This document shows, one piece after another, positions 1 through 8,062 of a stretch of DNA of 64,000 bases. The notes under the pieces are model-generated. The model did no database searches. It was given only the letters and a program-made list of their open reading frames with translations, and was not told the DNA's origin. Each line of letters begins with the position of its first letter. Position 1 is the stretch's first letter. Source of the DNA: Gammaproteobacteria bacterium (GTDB taxonomy: Bacteria > Pseudomonadota > Gammaproteobacteria > JABABF01); contig OZ250153.1 in NCBI GenBank assembly GCA_965237805.1, positions 160,001 to 224,000 of the forward strand, read 5' to 3'. The translations under genes were made by a program, and so were the position numbers.

Positions 1-3
1 CTG

Positions 4-1053
4 TTGTTTACCGGCAGCGAGGAGGCCTATCCCTTCAATGCCGCCGCCACCCCTTGTCCGCGCGGGCACAAGCCCAAGGTGGAAGGTGACACCGGTGGCC
101 CCTACCTGATGAATATCCTCACCGAACAGGTCAAAAAACGCGGCGTAGACATTCACTTTGATGCCCGCGTCAAAACCCTGATCCGAACCGCCGATCGCCG
201 GGTGGTCGGCCTGGTCGTGCGCGAGGACAAAAAAGATCTCTATGTGCGGGCGCGGCGCGGCGTGGTGCTATGTGCTGGCGGTTTTGCGATGAATCGGGAG
301 ATGATTCGCCGTCACGCCCCGCAATTCCTGCGCCTCGGCAGCGAACAGGCGATCGGCAATCCATTCGACGACGGCAGCGGTATTCGTCTCGGCATGGGTG
401 CCACTGGAGCTGCGATCAATATGCATGAGGGATTTACCAGCCTGCCCTTCTACCCCCCTGCGGGTTTCGTCAAGGGCATCTTGGTCAATGCTCAGGGGCA
501 ACGCTTCATCAACGAGGACTGCTATCACGGTCGGATCGGCCATTTCTGTCTGCGCCAGCGCGATGACGCGATCTACTTGGTATTGGATCAAGAACTCTAT
601 GACAAGCCCAACGAGTACATCGGCATGACGCTGGCCGGTAGCGGCGAAAGCGTGGCCGAGCTGGAAGCGGAGATCGGCTTGCCAGAGAAATCGCTGCAGG
701 CCACACTCGAGGTCTTCAATCATCACGCCGGCCAAGGCAGCGACCCGCTATTCGGCAAGAATCCCAAATATATCAAGGCGCTGGATCAAGGCCCCTACGC
801 CGCCTTCGACTGCTCGATCGGCAAGACCTACTACCCGTATTTCACCCTCGGCGGCTTGGATACGCTACCCAGCGGCGAGGTGCTGGATGCAGATCGCCAA
901 ATCGTGCCCGGGCTCTACGCCGCCGGGCGCAATGCCTGCGGTTTGCCGCGCACCGGTGCTGGTTACAGCAGTGGCATGTCGGTTGGAGATGCCACTTTTT
1001 CAGGCCGTCAAGCTGGCCGTCAAGTCGGCAAAGCCGAGCCGTACAGCGGCTGA
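4..1053 (+). CDS. FAD-dependent oxidoreductase (FAD_binding_2), 3-ketosteroid delta4-(5alpha)-dehydrogenase-like; 5' end lies outside the window
   Basis: VVLCAGGF, RFINEDCY, FTLGGL, VPGLYAAG and GYSSGMSVGDATFSGRQAG motifs; the N-terminal GxGxxG is absent because the gene is truncated by the window edge. Confidence 0.75.
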   Translation: MFTGSEEAYPFNAAATPCPRGHKPKVEGDTGGPYLMNILTEQVKKRGVDIHFDARVKTLIRTADRRVVGLVVREDKKDLYVRARRGVVLCAGGFAMNREMIRRHAPQFLRLGSEQAIGNPFDDGSGIRLGMGATGAAINMHEGFTSLPFYPPAGFVKGILVNAQGQRFINEDCYHGRIGHFCLRQRDDAIYLVLDQELYDKPNEYIGMTLAGSGESVAELEAEIGLPEKSLQATLEVFNHHAGQGSDPLFGKNPKYIKALDQGPYAAFDCSIGKTYYPYFTLGGLDTLPSGEVLDADRQIVPGLYAAGRNACGLPRTGAGYSSGMSVGDATFSGRQAGRQVGKAEPYSG

Positions 1054-1090
1054 CGTGGCGCACACGAGCGCCCGATTGAGCCGATAGCGA

Positions 1091-1585
1091 TCAGTCGCTT
1101 CGCGTTTGCGTGTACTTCATCTTGACCTTGAGCGGAGTGGCAAACTTGCCGCCAGCTGCCAGCCAGCCTTTCATCACGCGCGGGGCATCCCTGAAAGGAT
1201 TGTAGATGTCTTCCTCAGCGGAAAACTTGCCGTCGCCAGCGTAGACCAAGCGCGTCCAGTTCGGGAAACCGAAGTCATGGTTTGCCGGATCTGTGGGGTG
1301 CAACCAGACATTCTGCACACACATCACGATGGCGCCATTCTCTTCATCAAAAGCTACCCAGTCCTGTGGGAACGACATTTTCGGGTAGGGTGCCATGACA
1401 TCGACGATCCATTTGCGGATCTCTTCACGGCCGTGGAATTCGCCGTAGGCATGCTCTTTGTAGACGGCGTCTTCGGTGAATAGATCGGCCCAAGGATTCC
1501 AGTCACCGGTTTGGCTGGCGCGCTCATGTACTTTGTTGTACATCGCCAGTGCCTCTTCGAGTTCGGTTCGGGTGAATTTTGGCAT
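1091..1585 (-). CDS. SnoaL-like / NTF2 family protein
   Basis: WADLFTEDAVY..HAYGEFHGREEIRKW pattern; AAAGGA RBS upstream of the ATG. Confidence 0.85.
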   Translation of the reverse strand: MPKFTRTELEEALAMYNKVHERASQTGDWNPWADLFTEDAVYKEHAYGEFHGREEIRKWIVDVMAPYPKMSFPQDWVAFDEENGAIVMCVQNVWLHPTDPANHDFGFPNWTRLVYAGDGKFSAEEDIYNPFRDAPRVMKGWLAAGGKFATPLKVKMKYTQTRSD

Positions 1586-1630
1586 GGTGTTTTTTCCTTT
1601 ATGGCTGGTGGCGATGCATGGGGTGTCCGA

Positions 1631-3127
1631 TCAGAAGGGCGGCGCTTGCGATGCGGAGTTATCTGTTGGCTGGCGGCGCACAACGGCTGGCAGCATGTAG
1701 GAGCCGTCCAAGGCTGCTGGCAAGGGCGCATAGATGCGGGCGACCAAGAAGAAAGGCCGCTTGCCGACCGGCAACCAATTGGCGCGCAGTTTTGGGTCTG
1801 CTGGTGCTTCACTCGCGATATGGATCAGCAAGGAGCCGTCGTCGTCGTAGACCAAGTCTGCGGTCTTCGTGCCGATGCCGAAGCGATCGATAGCGTTGGG
1901 CATCAGGAAATTGTTGTCGGCATCGTAGGCTGCAATACTCCAATAGGCATTGGTCGGCGGATAGCGCCCGCGCGGGAAGCGCAGTTGGTAATCGTGCCGG
2001 CCATGGAGCAGCCGCCCTTCCCGGTCGTAGTAGGCATTTGGGTAGACCGCCTCCGCGATGATATTGGCACCGATGCCACCGAAGGCGGCGATGGCGCGCA
2101 ACAGATAATCGCTACCGTATTTGCCCAGATGCGACGGTGCATGACTCCAGCCATTAGCGTCCATTGCGGTGGGTCTAAAGCGCATATCTCGCACGATGCG
2201 CTCGCCGATGCGGGCCCCCCGCTTTAGCGCCTCCAGCAAGGGCTTGGGATAGCGCTCTGGAGCGAAGACGCGCCCGGGGCCGAAGCCAGCCAAGTCCATC
2301 ACGGACATCAGCGCGCTCTCCGAGGCGGGGATATCGATGCGCCGCAACAGCTGGTTGACGACGCGGAAATAGTCCAAGCTGCCGCGCATATTGGCCGTGG
2401 CCTTTGGTGCTGGTGCCCCGCCGCGCTGCGTGCGCGGCGGCTGATCCAGCGCCCGCTGCGGATCTTTTGCATAGCGCTCCAGCGACAACAGGCGGAAGCG
2501 CGACTGGTAGCGCACCATGAGCTGCTGATTGCGCTGGGTGGCGGAGATGCGCAACAAGACCCAAGCGGTGGCGGTCGGCACCCGCACCACATCGCGCACT
2601 CCCCACGGCATCTCACCGGACCAGTCACTGTCGGCGATTAGATAATAGCCGCCGTCATTGCCGATGGTGCGTGAGCTGAGATAGCCGACATTGTTCATGA
2701 ACATATCTTCGATCTGCACGCTGTACCAATGTTCGTCCATCGGTGGAATGTGGATGACCATCGGCCCATCGCTGAGCCACAGCCAAGCGGAGGAATACAG
2801 CACATCGGGGTTTGGCACCCCGAACCAGCGGGTGCGGTCGGTGCTCAGTCCACCTTTGAAATGAGCGAACACACCGAGCGGGCCGGAGACGAGTTCGTCG
2901 AGGCCATTGACTTGTCGGTACTGGGCCAGCGAGAGTTCGAACAGAGGTGAGGCATAGATATAGCCGATGACAGCGGCCGCTTCGTGCAGATTGGCCAGTG
3001 CCGTCATAAATACCGGCGACTGAGCCCCGCGCTGTGTTTCGGCTTGCTGCGCGACCGCCTGCGTCGATAGCCCGACCAGCACAACACAGCTGAGCAGCAT
3101 CGCGGGCAATAACCATTTACGCGACAT
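1631..3127 (-). CDS. DUF1254/DUF1214 domain exported protein
   Basis: Signal peptide (MSRKWLLPAMLL...AVA), PNPDVLYSSAWL, YGSDYLLRA, PPTNAYWS, NWLP and RIYAP motifs. Confidence 0.85.
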   Translation of the reverse strand: MSRKWLLPAMLLSCVVLVGLSTQAVAQQAETQRGAQSPVFMTALANLHEAAAVIGYIYASPLFELSLAQYRQVNGLDELVSGPLGVFAHFKGGLSTDRTRWFGVPNPDVLYSSAWLWLSDGPMVIHIPPMDEHWYSVQIEDMFMNNVGYLSSRTIGNDGGYYLIADSDWSGEMPWGVRDVVRVPTATAWVLLRISATQRNQQLMVRYQSRFRLLSLERYAKDPQRALDQPPRTQRGGAPAPKATANMRGSLDYFRVVNQLLRRIDIPASESALMSVMDLAGFGPGRVFAPERYPKPLLEALKRGARIGERIVRDMRFRPTAMDANGWSHAPSHLGKYGSDYLLRAIAAFGGIGANIIAEAVYPNAYYDREGRLLHGRHDYQLRFPRGRYPPTNAYWSIAAYDADNNFLMPNAIDRFGIGTKTADLVYDDDGSLLIHIASEAPADPKLRANWLPVGKRPFFLVARIYAPLPAALDGSYMLPAVVRRQPTDNSASQAPPF

Positions 3128-3207
3128 TAGGAGCTTTCCGCAACAGTGGGCAGATGGGGCTATGTTAGCCTATAGCGCAGTTGCGTATCTGCCGTGCGTG
3201 GACGAAT

Positions 3208-3963
3208 ATGGCGACCGAGAGAAAACCGGGCTTGGGGGCGGCTGTGGTCACTGGTGGAGGCACCGGTATCGGTGCGGCAATATGCCGCGCCTTGGCGTTT
3301 GCCGGCCATCCGGTGCTGGTGGTGTGGTCGCGCTCGCGCGACGGTGCCTTGGCCACCGTCAGCGCTATTTTGGAGGCTGGCGGCGAGGCCAGCGAACAAT
3401 GTACCGATATCGGTGACGAAGAGCAGGTGGCACAGCTGTTCAGGGTCTGTCTCGATCGCTACGGTCGTCCGACCGTGGTGGTCAACAACGCTGGCATTGG
3501 CCACATGGCCGCCGTTGCCGATACCTCCACTGAGGACTACGAGCACCTCTTTGCGGTCAACTCCCGCGGCAGCTTTTTCATGTGTCGGCAAGCGGCGCAG
3601 CATGTCGCTGACGGCGGTGCCATCGTCAATATTTCCACTGGCCTCACCGCCGCCTCGGGTGCTGGCATGGGGCTGTACACCGCCAGCAAGATGGCGATGG
3701 AGGGCTTGAGTAAGGCCTTGGCGCATGAGCTGGGGGCACGCGGTGTGCGGGTCAATTGCGTCTCTCCGGGCATGACCGACACGCCGATGCTGGAGCGGGG
3801 AGACGCCGAGGCTTTGCGCGAATACGGGTGCCGGACAGCGGCGATGCGGCGCTGTGGGGAGCCCGAGGACATCGCCGATGCCGTGGCCGCGTTGGTCTCC
3901 ACCGCTGGCCGTTGGATCACCGGCCAGAATATCCATGTCGATGGCGGCAGCGTCATCCGCTGA
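3208..3963 (+). CDS. SDR family oxidoreductase
   Basis: TGGGTGIG, NNAG, YTASK (YxxxK), ITGQNIHVDGG; start moved to ATG 3208. Confidence 0.9.
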   Translation: MATERKPGLGAAVVTGGGTGIGAAICRALAFAGHPVLVVWSRSRDGALATVSAILEAGGEASEQCTDIGDEEQVAQLFRVCLDRYGRPTVVVNNAGIGHMAAVADTSTEDYEHLFAVNSRGSFFMCRQAAQHVADGGAIVNISTGLTAASGAGMGLYTASKMAMEGLSKALAHELGARGVRVNCVSPGMTDTPMLERGDAEALREYGCRTAAMRRCGEPEDIADAVAALVSTAGRWITGQNIHVDGGSVIR

Positions 3964-3973
3964 GTGCCGAGTG

Positions 3974-4849
3974 ATGTCATTTCCCAGTGAGACCATCGCC
4001 TGTCAGCTGGACGATGATGGCTTGTTGCGCTTGCAGCTCAATCGCCCAGAACAGCTGAATGCTTTTACGGTGCGCATGTCTGAGGAGCTGGAGCAGGCCT
4101 TTGATCGCGCCTCGGTCGAGGACGCCGTGCGCGTCATACTCGTCAGTGGTTCAGGTCGCGCCTTTTGCGCTGGCATGGATCTGTCCTCGGATGGCAATGT
4201 CTTCGGTTTGGACGAGAGCCAGCGACCGCTGTCGCTCCAAGAGTTCCGCACCGTACGCGATACGGGCGGTCGCGTCGCCCTCGCCATCTACCGCTGCACC
4301 AAGCCGGTGGTCGCTGCCGTAGATGGGGCGGCCATCGGCATCGGAGCGACCATGTTGCTGCCGATGGATATACGTTTTGCCTCCGATCGCTCGCGTTTTG
4401 GCTTTGTGTTCTCCCGCCTCGGCATCGTCAATGAGGCCTGCTCCAGTTGGTTCCTGCCGCGCTTGGTCGGCTTGCCGAAGGCTATGGAGTGGCTGCTACG
4501 GGGTCATATCTTCGATGCGGAGGAGGCTTTGTCGGCAGGCTTGGTGCGCGAAGTCTGCCCGGCGGAGGAGCTGATGGAGCGCGCCGAGACGATGGCGCGG
4601 GAGATCGCATCCAAGACCTCGGCGGTGTCGAGCGCGCTAATCCGCCAAATGGTCTACCGCGCCAGCGGTGCGCCGTCACCATTGCTGGCTCATCAGCTGG
4701 AATCGCTGGGCGTTTTCTACACCAGCATGGGTGATGGGCGCGAGGGGGTGTCGGCTTTTTTGGAAAAACGCTCAGCGACATATAGCGCTAGCGTGGCACG
4801 GGATATGCCGCCGTTCTACCCGTGGTGGGAAGGAGATGGCGAGGACTGA
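3974..4849 (+). CDS. Enoyl-CoA hydratase/crotonase family protein
   Basis: LNRPEQLNAF, GRAFCAGMDL, KPVVAAVDG, EGVSAFLEKR and the C-terminal DMPPFYPWW; start moved to ATG 3974. Confidence 0.9.
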   Translation: MSFPSETIACQLDDDGLLRLQLNRPEQLNAFTVRMSEELEQAFDRASVEDAVRVILVSGSGRAFCAGMDLSSDGNVFGLDESQRPLSLQEFRTVRDTGGRVALAIYRCTKPVVAAVDGAAIGIGATMLLPMDIRFASDRSRFGFVFSRLGIVNEACSSWFLPRLVGLPKAMEWLLRGHIFDAEEALSAGLVREVCPAEELMERAETMAREIASKTSAVSSALIRQMVYRASGAPSPLLAHQLESLGVFYTSMGDGREGVSAFLEKRSATYSASVARDMPPFYPWWEGDGED

Positions 4850-4897
4850 TCGGCGGTTGCCACGCGACCGGATAGAGCGCCCAAGCACTGGAGAGAA

Positions 4898-5044
4898 GTG
4901 TTGGCACCAGCTGTCGCACGCCCTTGGAACAAGCGTTCCGAGTACGATGCCTACCAAGCGGTGTTAGAAGAGGCGGTGCTTGCCGAGCAATGCGGTTTCG
5001 ATGCACTATGCGGACGGCTATTTTTGCCATGTCTTGCCACTTGA
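4898..5044 (+). CDS. Putative 48-aa small ORF derived from the LLM N-terminus (may be a gene fragment)
   Basis: GGAG at 4890-4893, GTG 4898 / TTG 4901 in frame with VARPWNKRSEYDAYQAVLEEAVLAEQCGFDAL, TGA at 5042-5044. Confidence 0.35.
   Translation: MLAPAVARPWNKRSEYDAYQAVLEEAVLAEQCGFDALCGRLFLPCLAT
4913..5007 (+). repeat. Direct repeat copy 1 (95 bp, 2 mismatches) of 5348-5442, the 5' coding region of the downstream LLM gene
   Basis: gtcgcacgcccttgg[a/c]acaagcgttccgagtacgatgcctaccaagcggtgttagaagaggcggtgcttgccga[g/c]caatgcggtttcgatgcact occurs at both positions. Confidence 0.97.
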
Positions 5045-5063
5045 CAAATTTTTGAAAGATACT
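5034..5063 (+). promoter_or_regulatory. Putative sigma70 promoter
   Basis: TTGCCA-N18-GATACT, with a perfect TTGACA (5041-5046) inside the AT-rich spacer. Confidence 0.35.
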
Positions 5064-5255
5064 GTGCCATGGTCGCGTCCGGTGCTGGCATGGGTGGCGC
5101 GTGGCGACACCGATATAGGTGGTTGCTGAGCGAGATTTTTTGAGATTGTAATCGCTGATGTCGGCAGCGCGCAGCTCCGATCCGACATGCGCTTTTAGCC
5201 GCTGTCTGGTCCCGCATTGGGTGGCCATGCCGCATCATTAGGCTGGCTCCCACTG

Positions 5256-5264
5256 TGCTACAAT
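5256..5264 (+). promoter_or_regulatory. Extended -10 promoter of the LLM gene
   Basis: TGcTACAAT about 55 nt upstream of ATG 5318; AGGAGAGG RBS. Confidence 0.55.
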
Positions 5265-5317
5265 CCACTGGAAATGCGGCCATACCAGCTGTGCTACATA
5301 CCGCAGGAGAGGACCAC

Positions 5318-6442
5318 ATGCAATTTGCTTTGTTTTACGAGATTCCAGTCGCACGCCCTTGGCACAAGCGTTCCGAGTACGATGCCTACCAAGCGGTGTT
5401 AGAAGAGGCGGTGCTTGCCGACCAATGCGGTTTCGATGCACTGTGGACGGTCGAGCACCATTTTTTGGAGGAGTATTCGCATTGCTCCAACCCCGAAGTG
5501 CTCTACGGTGCCATCGCCGCACGCACCAAGAATCTGCGTTTGGGTTACGGCGTGCGCTTGATGCCCAAGCCCTACAACCACCCAGTGCGCACCGCCGAGT
5601 CGGTGGCAGTCTTAGATCTGATCAGCAATGGTCGCGTCGATCTTGGTACCGGTCGTTCGTCGACTCGCGCCGAGCTCGAGGGCTTCGGTGTCAAACCGAG
5701 TGAGGCTCGTCCGATGTGGCGCGAGGCCATCCAGCATATGGTCGGTTGTTGGACTGAGGACGAGCATAGCTTTGACGGCGAATACTGGCAGATGCCAAAG
5801 CGTCGCGTGTTGCCCAAACCCATCCAAGAGCCGCACCCGCCGCTGTGGGGTGCCACCAGTAGCGAGACCGGCCACCGCCAGGTCGGCGAGAGCGGGCTCG
5901 GTCTGTGCTCCTTCGCCGTCGGCACGCCGCCGGATGACATCAAGAAGCGCATCGATATCTACCGGGAGGGTATCGCCAACTGCACCGAGCCGCTGGGCAA
6001 GTTCATCAATGACCGCGCCGCCACTTTCAGCATGGTGTGTTGTGCGCCGACCACTGAAGAAGCGGTGGCAACTGCCACCGAGTCCTTTGAGTGGTATTGC
6101 TCCTACGGTGCCGAGCTCATCGGTTCTGTCGCCACTTGGCTGGAAGAGGAAAAGCGTGAGCAAGAGCTCGAAGCGGGTCACTACCAGTACACCAGCGAGC
6201 TCAAGAAGGCTGTGGATCAAGGGCTACACAAGCTGTTTACGATGGATATGTTGCGCGAACTCAACGCCTGCGTGGCTGGCGAGCCAGAAGACTGTGTCAG
6301 GATGTGCCGCGCCTATGAAGCAGTCGGCGTCGACCTGCTCTTGTGCTTGGTCAACCCCTACAAGATTCCCCACGATAAAGTCATGCAGACGATCAAACTG
6401 ATGGGCGAGGAAGTGTTGCCGCATTTCAGGAATGGCAGCTGA
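5318..6442 (+). CDS. LLM class flavin-dependent oxidoreductase
   Basis: GFDALWTVEHHF, HPVRTAE..AVLDLISNGRVDLGTGR, PKPIQEPHPPLW; RBS before ATG 5318. Confidence 0.92.
   Translation: MQFALFYEIPVARPWHKRSEYDAYQAVLEEAVLADQCGFDALWTVEHHFLEEYSHCSNPEVLYGAIAARTKNLRLGYGVRLMPKPYNHPVRTAESVAVLDLISNGRVDLGTGRSSTRAELEGFGVKPSEARPMWREAIQHMVGCWTEDEHSFDGEYWQMPKRRVLPKPIQEPHPPLWGATSSETGHRQVGESGLGLCSFAVGTPPDDIKKRIDIYREGIANCTEPLGKFINDRAATFSMVCCAPTTEEAVATATESFEWYCSYGAELIGSVATWLEEEKREQELEAGHYQYTSELKKAVDQGLHKLFTMDMLRELNACVAGEPEDCVRMCRAYEAVGVDLLLCLVNPYKIPHDKVMQTIKLMGEEVLPHFRNGS
5348..5442 (+). repeat. Direct repeat copy 2 (inside the LLM CDS)
   Basis: Matches 4913-5007 with 2 mismatches. Confidence 0.97.
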
Positions 6443-6488
6443 AGAGGAACCATCGTTCCGACATCCGCGCAATGGCGGTGATCAGCAC

Positions 6489-7598
6489 ATGCCCAAGCGG
6501 TCATTGCGCGTCGCCTATTCTGGCTTTGATCGCGATATTAAACCAAGTTTTATGGCATGTGTGGAAGAGCGCTACGACATTGTCGAGAGTGATGAGAATC
6601 CGGATCTGTTGCTGTATTCGATCTTCAACGGCGTGGATCACCTCCGCTATGATTGCCATAAACTGGTTGTGCTTGGAGAGAATATGGATCCGGATCCCGC
6701 TATCTGCGACTTTTCTGTCAGCATGAGAGAAAACAGCGAGCGCAATTTTTATTGGCCGTTATTTGAGCCTGAGCGGGTGTTGGCCATGTTGCCCGAGAGT
6801 GAACCCAGAGCTATCGATCCACGGCACGCCCAAGACAAGACACGCTTTTGTTGCTTTTTATATTCAAATAGAGCACCCCAAGAGCGCATTGAACTGTGTA
6901 AACTCCTGATGCAGCGCAAGGCTGTCGATTGCCCCGGTCAGGTGTTGAATAACATGCCGATGCCCGACCGGGTGCGGCTGATCGAGAACCGGGGAGCAGA
7001 CCAATGGGAAGAGGCCAAACGGGAGCTGTACTCGCGCTACCGCTTCACCATCTCCTTTGAGAACGAGCGCGAGCCTTTGTATATCACTTCCAAGATATTC
7101 ACTCCCTTGACAGTTGGAAGTATTCCAATCTATTGGGGTGCCCCGGAAATCACCGAGCTTTTCAATCCACGATGTTTTGTCAACTGCCATGACTTCGACA
7201 GTTTGGAGGCGGTGTCGGATCATGTGATGGCAATCGAGAATGATCCGGAACTCTACCGACAATACCGCGAAGCGCCACCCGTATTGCCTAGCTCTAGGCT
7301 ATATCAGATGACACCGGATGCCGTGGTGGGACTCTTTGACCGCATCGTCTCCGAGCTGGACACCAGTACACCGGTGTCGCGCACTGTGCGCGGTCGCATC
7401 CGGAGCCGGATCCGTCGAGCATTGTTTTGGTCCATGGACTGCATGCAGCGTTTCAATCGCAAACTCAGAGTGGTCGCGCCATGGCTACGACCGCTGCACT
7501 GGGCGTTTCAATTGGCGCCCCGTCACATGACATTGCTTCGCGCCAAGTATTGGAAATGGCTTCGCGTCAAGTATTTTTGGACTTGGCGGAGGCATTAG
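6489..7598 (+). CDS. Glycosyltransferase family 10 (alpha-1,3/4-fucosyltransferase-like)
   Basis: GEN motif, FCCFLYSN...R, YRFTISFEN...YITSKI...GSIPIYWGA and FNPRCFVNCHDF match the GT10 signature. Confidence 0.85.
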   Translation: MPKRSLRVAYSGFDRDIKPSFMACVEERYDIVESDENPDLLLYSIFNGVDHLRYDCHKLVVLGENMDPDPAICDFSVSMRENSERNFYWPLFEPERVLAMLPESEPRAIDPRHAQDKTRFCCFLYSNRAPQERIELCKLLMQRKAVDCPGQVLNNMPMPDRVRLIENRGADQWEEAKRELYSRYRFTISFENEREPLYITSKIFTPLTVGSIPIYWGAPEITELFNPRCFVNCHDFDSLEAVSDHVMAIENDPELYRQYREAPPVLPSSRLYQMTPDAVVGLFDRIVSELDTSTPVSRTVRGRIRSRIRRALFWSMDCMQRFNRKLRVVAPWLRPLHWAFQLAPRHMTLLRAKYWKWLRVKYFWTWRRH

Positions 7599-7636
7599 CC
7601 GCCTACGAGCTCTTTGCGGCTCGCCTCATGCGGAGC

Positions 7637-8062
7637 CTAATCCGTCTCGTGTTGTCTGAGGACATGGCCTTGCATGCAGATCCTCAAGCATGCACTCAGA
7701 GTTGCCGGCCATGGCTGCGGGTGTTGCTGATCTGAGGGCAATTCGCGCCAAGTATTTTTGGATTTGGGTGGCGCAGGACGAGTGCTGCGCTCACTCAAAC
7801 GGCTACAGTCTCCGTCATCAGCGCTGAAATAGGTCTGCTCGTCGCTCAAATCCGAGGATAGATCGTAGTCTGAGCAAAAACACTTGCCAGCGCCGCGCAC
7901 GACTGACACGCAGCTGCTGATCGTGCTCATGCTCCTGTACGCCGTGCATCGCGTTGTTCAGCGCATTGCGTTGCTCGGGGCGGTTCAGCGTCATGCGCCG
8001 CACATGCTCGGCGGGGGTCATCGATCAGCAAGTGCGGTCCCCTCCGCCACACCCGCGGCCAT
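7637..8062 (-). pseudogene. Frameshifted, deleted enoyl-CoA hydratase pseudogene
   Basis: ATG overlaps the upstream stop (TGATG). HLLIDDP, AEHVRRMTLNRPEQRNALNN and VSVVRGAGKCFCSDYDL lie in different frames, and most of the domain is missing; the 3' boundary is approximate. Confidence 0.8.

Noticed and set aside
4913-5442. Repeat pair as a diversity-generating retroelement (TR/VR)
   Set aside because: Only two substitutions, one of them G/C rather than adenine-specific; the target is N-terminal; no reverse transcriptase in the window.
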